Shown here one piece after another: positions 15,495-20,000 of a stretch of 20,000 nt of DNA (its first letter is position 1; every line of letters starts with the position of its first letter). The stretch is from an uncultured virus (IMG/VR IMGVR_UViG_3300043803_001696) (taxonomy: Duplodnaviria > Heunggongvirae > Uroviricota > Caudoviricetes), in the IMG/VR virus record IMGVR_UViG_3300043803_001696; one strand, written 5' to 3'. The position numbers and the translations under genes were made by a program. The notes below the pieces were generated by a model. It saw only the letters and a list, made by a program, of their open reading frames with translations. It was not told the DNA's origin and did no database searches.

Positions 15495-15807
15495 GTCTGT
15501 ACGGTCTTCCGCTCGTCGCGGCCTAGAACTGCGTAAGAAGCACGGCAAAGGCGGTCTTAGCACGCAAGAGGCTGGCAAGCAGGGCATTGGAAGTGGAGTG
15601 GCAAGAGCTTCTGATTTGGCTGGTGGCGGCGCCGTGAGCTATGCAACGATCAAAAGGATGGCTGCATTCTTCTCTCGCCATGAAAAGAACAAAAGCGGAG
15701 GGGAAGATGATGCTGGTTACATCGCATGGTTGCTATGGGGAGGAAACGCGGGTAAGGCATGGGCCAATCGCATTATTAAGATGGTTGAAAGCGCTAAAGA
15801 TCAATGA
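15460..15807 (+). CDS. phage domain of unknown function (frameshift ORF B), probably expressed as a ~200-aa A-B fusion
   Basis: Lies in the -1 frame relative to ORF A, with only a TTG start overlapping the hairpin. Motifs ARRGLELR..HG.GG, GVARA.DL, RM..FF.RH and IAWLLWGG..G..WA. Confidence 0.8.
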   Translation: MRGDAQSFSPPSSVRSSARRGLELRKKHGKGGLSTQEAGKQGIGSGVARASDLAGGGAVSYATIKRMAAFFSRHEKNKSGGEDDAGYIAWLLWGGNAGKAWANRIIKMVESAKDQ

Positions 15808-16112
15808 GCGAATACGTGCGGGTGATTGAAGAAGAGGAGGATGGCATTGGCGTTATGAAAGCGCTTGCCATTCTTTCTGCCAACGAGCACCGCAACACCT
15901 CACAGTGGCGCCTCGTCGAAGAACAGCATTTCAAAAATGGACGCCTCGATGAAACCCACATTTTTGTCATCAATGCCTATGACAAGCCTGACGAGCATTT
16001 TGATCAGGTGAAGATGCTGGTTTTTGAGGCTGAGGCTATTGCAAAGTCTTATGTGATGGAAGGTATTGAAAGTCAACTTGCAGAACTGTCGGATGAAGAG
16101 GACGATGATTAA
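15804..16112 (+). CDS. acidic hypothetical protein (102 aa)
   Basis: ATGA overlap with the upstream ORF; protein-like composition. Confidence 0.75.
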   Translation: MSEYVRVIEEEEDGIGVMKALAILSANEHRNTSQWRLVEEQHFKNGRLDETHIFVINAYDKPDEHFDQVKMLVFEAEAIAKSYVMEGIESQLAELSDEEDDD

Positions 16113-16408
16113 TCTTCGCTTACTGCGGAGACTACAAATGTGGGATAGCCAAGAAGATACAAAATTGAAAGCTGAAAAGCAGAACTAAGCAAGCGTATCT
16201 CCGCACAGTCAGGCGAAATAATACCTCGCTCCATTCGCGAAACGGTGGTTTGGTCGCAATGAAGAATGGCCGCTATGTCGCATTGTGACATGCCGCTGTT
16301 GAGACGAGCTTCTTTTATGCGCTGTCCAATCACTTGCCTACTTTCCTGCATGGAAAGCATGGGAGCTTTTACTTTTGTGGTGATGCGCCGATGCTGAATA
16401 TGCTGCAT
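16109..16408 (-). CDS. XRE/Cro-C1 family helix-turn-helix protein
   Basis: IGQRIKEARLNSGMSQ.DIA..L...QTTVSRMERG...P; TAGACT hexamer 23 nt upstream. The true start may be a downstream ATG. Confidence 0.88.
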   Translation of the reverse strand: MQHIQHRRITTKVKAPMLSMQESRQVIGQRIKEARLNSGMSQCDIAAILHCDQTTVSRMERGIISPDCAEIRLLSSAFQLSILYLLGYPTFVVSAVSED

Positions 16409-16431
16409 TTTTAGGCTGTATTTCCTAAGTT

Positions 16432-16463
16432 AGTCTATCTCGCGTTTTATTTCTTGATAGAGT
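16432..16463. promoter_or_regulatory. back-to-back -10 elements for the HTH gene and the protease/capsid operon
   Basis: Minus strand TAGACT (16432-16437); plus strand TGaTAGAGT (16455-16463), 6 nt before ATG 16470. Confidence 0.5.
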
Positions 16464-16469
16464 ATTGCC

Positions 16470-17663
16470 ATGAGCGACACCTGCTTTCGTTACGATGTAG
16501 CGCCGATTGACAAGTACGAAGTGACCCCTGAGGGTTATCTTCGTGCCTGGGCAACCATTGCGCGTACTGGTGTACAACATTACACCGACGCTGATGGCTC
16601 CATTCGTCGCGAATATCGTCCCGAAACCGAAGTGGCGTCTCCTGAAAGCTTGGCCTCATTTGCGGGCAAAGCAATCACTCTTGAGCACCCGCCAGTCTTA
16701 TTAGATAGTGTTAATACCAAGGACTATCAAATTGGCTTCAGTGGCACTGAAGTGGTATATGACAACGGCTTTGTCCGTGCAGTTATGACTATCACTGATA
16801 AAGATGCCATTGAGCGCATTATGCGTGGTGATGCGAAGGAGGTCAGCGCAGGCTATCGCGTCAATTACGAGGCGACTCCTGGTGTAACTGACAGTGGTGA
16901 GAATTACGATGGCATCCAAAAGGAAATCAACGGAAATCACATTGCTGTTGTTCGCAGAGGTCGCGCTGGCCCGCAAGTGAAGCTTCATCTAGATCGTCTG
17001 GATGCTGCCGATCCTTCTCTATTTACTCCCATTGAGGAACCATCTATGACTGCAAAAGTCAATTTTGATGGCGCTGAGTTTGAGGTGACCGAGAGCGTAG
17101 CTCTGGCGATCACCAAAGAACGGGAAGACGCCAAAATGTCCTACGAGGACATGAAGAAAATGTACGATGGCATGATGGCCAAAGCTTCCGAGATGAAGGA
17201 AGAAATGGACGCCATGCAAAAAGAAATGAAAGGTAAGTGCGACTCTGCCGAAGGGCGGGCCGATGCCCTTGCCGAAGAAGTGGAAAGCCTCAAGACTGAC
17301 CTTGACACTGCCAAGCAAGTGAATGTTGACAGCCTTGTTGAAGAGCGCATTGCGCTAATCGACAAAGCTCGTACTTCCCTTGACTCCGCTTTTGACTTTG
17401 CTGGCAAATCTGCCCGTGAAATCATGGAAGCTTCCATCAAGGCTATTCGTGGTGATGCTGATCTGTCGGAACGCTCCGATGATTATGTGACTGCGATGTT
17501 CGACACCTTGGCCGAATCTGCTCCTCGTGGCGATTCTGCTGCTACGGAAGAACTGCGTAAAGCCGTTGCTTCCATTGCTTCCCCAATGTCTGCTCCTTCG
17601 TCCTATATGGATAAGCTGCAGAATGCTTGGAAATCCCCTCTCTCCGTCTCTAAGGAGCGCTGA
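16470..17663 (+). CDS. DUF2213-type prohead protease fused to a coiled-coil scaffold domain
   Basis: Motifs TPEGYL.....IARTGVQ.Y, ITLEHP, EVSAGY and NHIAVV.RGRAG, then a Met/Glu/Lys-rich coiled coil; located upstream of the decoration and capsid genes. Confidence 0.9.
   Translation: MSDTCFRYDVAPIDKYEVTPEGYLRAWATIARTGVQHYTDADGSIRREYRPETEVASPESLASFAGKAITLEHPPVLLDSVNTKDYQIGFSGTEVVYDNGFVRAVMTITDKDAIERIMRGDAKEVSAGYRVNYEATPGVTDSGENYDGIQKEINGNHIAVVRRGRAGPQVKLHLDRLDAADPSLFTPIEEPSMTAKVNFDGAEFEVTESVALAITKEREDAKMSYEDMKKMYDGMMAKASEMKEEMDAMQKEMKGKCDSAEGRADALAEEVESLKTDLDTAKQVNVDSLVEERIALIDKARTSLDSAFDFAGKSAREIMEASIKAIRGDADLSERSDDYVTAMFDTLAESAPRGDSAATEELRKAVASIASPMSAPSSYMDKLQNAWKSPLSVSKER
17046..17663 (+). 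CDS. putative nested in-frame scaffolding protein (205 aa) from an internal start
   Basis: TGAGGA (17033-17038) lies 7 nt before in-frame ATG 17046 (Met193), at the protease/coiled-coil boundary. Confidence 0.6.
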   Translation: MTAKVNFDGAEFEVTESVALAITKEREDAKMSYEDMKKMYDGMMAKASEMKEEMDAMQKEMKGKCDSAEGRADALAEEVESLKTDLDTAKQVNVDSLVEERIALIDKARTSLDSAFDFAGKSAREIMEASIKAIRGDADLSERSDDYVTAMFDTLAESAPRGDSAATEELRKAVASIASPMSAPSSYMDKLQNAWKSPLSVSKER

Positions 17664-17666
17664 CCC

Positions 17667-18227
17667 ATGGCCGTAACTTTTACCACGTCAGGGACCGCTT
17701 CCGCTGGTGGTGTGCAACAGAGCTATGCTCTGACCCACGCTGCGCTTCTGGAAGGCCAACTCACTGACATCCGCGACAACACCATTGGCACCTATATCAA
17801 CGAAACCGCAGTTGTCCTGCCTTTCGGTGATGTACAAGTGTACAACTCTGCTGGCACCGTTGCCAACTCTGCTAAAACCCTTTCCGCTAGTGGCGACACC
17901 GTAGTTGGCATCAACGTGCTCACCTACGTTGACGAAACTGCGCTTAATAGCGACAACCGTCCTGGCGTAAAGATTGATCAAGTGCTGAACGTTGCCAACG
18001 AAGGCGCAGTGGCTGTCTATGTGACTGGCGCTGTCAATCCTTCGTCTGTGGTTCGCGTGCTGTTCTCAGCAAGCGGCACTGGCAAAGCTGGTCAATTTAG
18101 CCATGCCTTTGCTTCTGGCAAAACTGTTCGCCTTTCCAATGCTCGTTTCCTTTCTGCTACCACTGGTAGCGGACTGGCGATCCTGGAACTGAATGGTCCT
18201 AGCTTCACTCTCTCCGCTGATTCTTGA
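17667..18227 (+). CDS. head decoration / cement protein
   Basis: Lies between the protease and capsid genes; rich in small residues and predicted beta-rich; motifs LPFG and NV..EG.V.V.V. Confidence 0.75.
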   Translation: MAVTFTTSGTASAGGVQQSYALTHAALLEGQLTDIRDNTIGTYINETAVVLPFGDVQVYNSAGTVANSAKTLSASGDTVVGINVLTYVDETALNSDNRPGVKIDQVLNVANEGAVAVYVTGAVNPSSVVRVLFSASGTGKAGQFSHAFASGKTVRLSNARFLSATTGSGLAILELNGPSFTLSADS

Positions 18228-18242
18228 TAGGAGGCCCTACTA

Positions 18243-19157
18243 ATGTCTGATTTTCGCATGGACGAAGCGGGCCTGTTTCTTGAGCGTCAGCTTGAGTTCA
18301 TCCGCCCCCAAGTATTTGAAGTCACTTATGCCGACATCAAATACCCCACCCTGCTGCCTGTAACCAGCGAAGCTGGTCCTGGCGCACAAACCTTCACCTT
18401 CCGCATCATGGACTCCACTGGAGAGTTCAAGCTGATTGCGGACGCTGCTGATGATCTGCCCCGTGCCGACATTAGCCAAGTGGAGAAGAGCATCAACATC
18501 CGTTCGTTCGGCGGTAGCTTCGGCTACACCGTGCAGGAACTGCGTGCCGCTCAAATGGCAAACATTGCTCTTGAGCAACGTCGCGCTTCTGCCGTTCGTC
18601 GTGCTTACGAAGAGAAAGTTGAAGCCGTTGCAATGTTCGGTGAATCGAGCGTTGGCCTGGCTGGTTTCTTCAACAACGCCACTGTTGACGTTATTACTGC
18701 TGACAAGTGGTTCACTGGCACCACTGCTAGCGGCACTGCTCAAGACATGCTGGAACTGTTGAACTATGGCGTTAGCGCCATCATCAACGCCTCCAACATG
18801 AAGGAGCAGCCCGACACCATCCTGTTGGCTTACGAGGACTACAACAAAATTAGCACCACTCGCAACTCCGATTCTTCGGACGTGACTGTGCTTGAGTATT
18901 TCCTCCGCACCAACCCCTACATCCGTAACGTTGAACCTATCAACCAACTGGATGCAGACAACAGCGTTCTGAACACTAACCGCATGGTGGTGTACAAGCG
19001 TGACCCCGAGAAAGTGCAACTGCACATCCCCCAACCCCTGGAGCTTTTCCCGCCCCAGCAGCGCGGTCTTGAGTTCATTGTTCCTGCTCATGCTCGCGTG
19101 GGTGGTGTGGCTCTGTACTACCCCAAGAGCGTCATCTACGTTCAAGCTTCGGCTTGA
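18243..19157 (+). CDS. major capsid protein (DUF2184 / HK97 fold)
   Basis: Motifs FL.RQLE.I, DLP, Y..QELRAA and A.FG....GL.GF.N; strong SD AGGAGG at 18229-18234; strongly biased codon usage. Confidence 0.92.
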   Translation: MSDFRMDEAGLFLERQLEFIRPQVFEVTYADIKYPTLLPVTSEAGPGAQTFTFRIMDSTGEFKLIADAADDLPRADISQVEKSINIRSFGGSFGYTVQELRAAQMANIALEQRRASAVRRAYEEKVEAVAMFGESSVGLAGFFNNATVDVITADKWFTGTTASGTAQDMLELLNYGVSAIINASNMKEQPDTILLAYEDYNKISTTRNSDSSDVTVLEYFLRTNPYIRNVEPINQLDADNSVLNTNRMVVYKRDPEKVQLHIPQPLELFPPQQRGLEFIVPAHARVGGVALYYPKSVIYVQASA

Positions 19158-19158
19158 G
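19141..19158 (+). other. cUUCGg extra-stable hairpin spanning the capsid stop codon
   Basis: TCAAGC-TTCG-GCTTGA; no U tract. Confidence 0.6.
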
Positions 19159-19210
19159 CCTAGACAAGCAATGGGCGTTAAGCTAATTGACAGTTCTAAT
19201 TGAACACAAA

Positions 19211-19597
19211 ATGTTAATTGCTTACCGCCCTGAGCTTGAAAACCCGCCGCGTGAAGGTGGTTTTGGCATTATCACGGATACTGGCCTGATCCAACTGGCG
19301 CCTGGTCTTAATCAGGACATCCCAGAGCTTCAATGGAAAACCGCACGAGAGAATAAAACCGTCAAACGGTTGATGACTATCGGCGCCATTGAAGAAGTGA
19401 AAGAACAACTCACTGTGGAAACCATTCCTCAGGATGTTCAGACACTGGTCAACATGCCTCTGGTGGAAGCTTTTCGCATTCTTGAGGTGATTCACGATCT
19501 GGATCAACTTGCAGAATGGAAGAAAAGCGAAGGGCGCGTCAGAATTCGTAATGCCATTACCAAGCGTCAAGAAGCAATCAAGATCGGGAAGGCTTGA
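19211..19597 (+). CDS. hypothetical protein following the capsid gene
   Basis: ATG at 19211 with a TAAGCT hexamer upstream; I.L.PG.N motif and a C-terminal helical E.R..IRNAI.KR segment. Confidence 0.75.
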   Translation: MLIAYRPELENPPREGGFGIITDTGLIQLAPGLNQDIPELQWKTARENKTVKRLMTIGAIEEVKEQLTVETIPQDVQTLVNMPLVEAFRILEVIHDLDQLAEWKKSEGRVRIRNAITKRQEAIKIGKA

Positions 19598-19599
19598 TC

Positions 19600-19914
19600 A
19601 TGACCGTTACTTACGAAAGCTTTCTTACGCGCTTCCCCGAATTCACTCCCCATCCATCGGGAATTGTAAACGGGGCCATCACTGAAGCTACTGCCGACGC
19701 CTCGGAAGATGTGTTTGGTGATCAAACTGATCGTGCAGTAAAGCATCTGACGGCACATATTATTGCCATTCAACTTGCACAAATGGGCGTTCAAATTGGC
19801 GCCACTGAAGGCAAAGTGTATGGCAAGGGGCTGGAGGCCACTCAATATGGCCAAGAGTTCAAACGAATGCTTGAAACCGTTGCTGGTTCTTTCTCCATTG
19901 GCTTTGTCGCATGA
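19600..19914 (+). CDS. head-tail adaptor (DUF4054-like)
   Basis: Motifs FL.RFPEF, LTAH and T.YGQEF. Confidence 0.8.
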   Translation: MTVTYESFLTRFPEFTPHPSGIVNGAITEATADASEDVFGDQTDRAVKHLTAHIIAIQLAQMGVQIGATEGKVYGKGLEATQYGQEFKRMLETVAGSFSIGFVA

Positions 19915-20000
19915 TTAACGGCCTCTCACCATTAGCTAATGCCACACTTGTGTGGTCGGTGGCTTCTGGTTATGCCGTTGATAGTGAAACTGGAAATTAC
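19911..20000 (+). CDS. probable head completion protein, 3'-truncated by the window edge
   Basis: ATGA overlap; reads MINGLSPLANATLVWSVASGYAVDSETGNY, open to the window end. Function inferred from position only. Confidence 0.55.
   Translation, partial: MINGLSPLANATLVWSVASGYAVDSETGNY

Noticed and set aside
8108..17533. RGD tripeptides as integrin-binding motifs
   Set aside because: Implausible for internal phage head proteins; better explained as instances of the R-x-D motif.
18240..19145. 301-aa antisense ORF over the capsid gene, and similar shadow ORFs over nrdA, portal and scaffold
   Set aside because: Codon-register mirror of a strongly biased gene; no recognisable motifs.
19585..19602. 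Second frameshift at ATC GGG AAG GCT TGA
   Set aside because: Not an X XXY YYZ heptamer in phase, and the next gene has its own ATG at 19600.
1..20000. CRISPR array, integrase/att site, IS element or reverse transcriptase system
   Set aside because: No regularly spaced repeats, recombinase, transposase or RT motifs were seen in this window.

Overview
This window is part of a tailed dsDNA phage genome. The host is probably a cyanobacterium, inferred from the cyanophage-type minimal ribonucleotide reductase, a CP12-like gene and -10-dominated promoters. From left to right it holds: (1) RNR alpha and beta genes, then a free-standing NUMOD4-HNH endonuclease whose C-terminus duplicates the beta C-terminus; (2) a minus-strand block with tRNA-Leu(UAA), a structured RNA leader, a CP12-like gene, the large terminase and a PD-(D/E)xK-like gene; (3) a plus-strand head module (DUF1073-type portal with a long C-terminal extension, minor head protein, DUF2213-type protease/scaffold, decoration protein, DUF2184-type capsid protein, head-tail proteins). 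A 7-gene sugar-modification/glycosyltransferase cassette and an XRE HTH gene interrupt the head module. Four signals stand out. A complete -1 frameshift cassette (SD, G GGA AAG, stem-loop) fuses two small head-module ORFs. A recurrent [R/K]-x-D motif at N-termini and domain junctions of head proteins suggests protease-released capsid cargo. The homing endonuclease appears to have captured the RNR beta tail and has a promoter inside a terminator. A structured RNA appears co-transcribed with a short-arm tRNA-Leu. Family assignments come from motif recognition by eye, not database searches.
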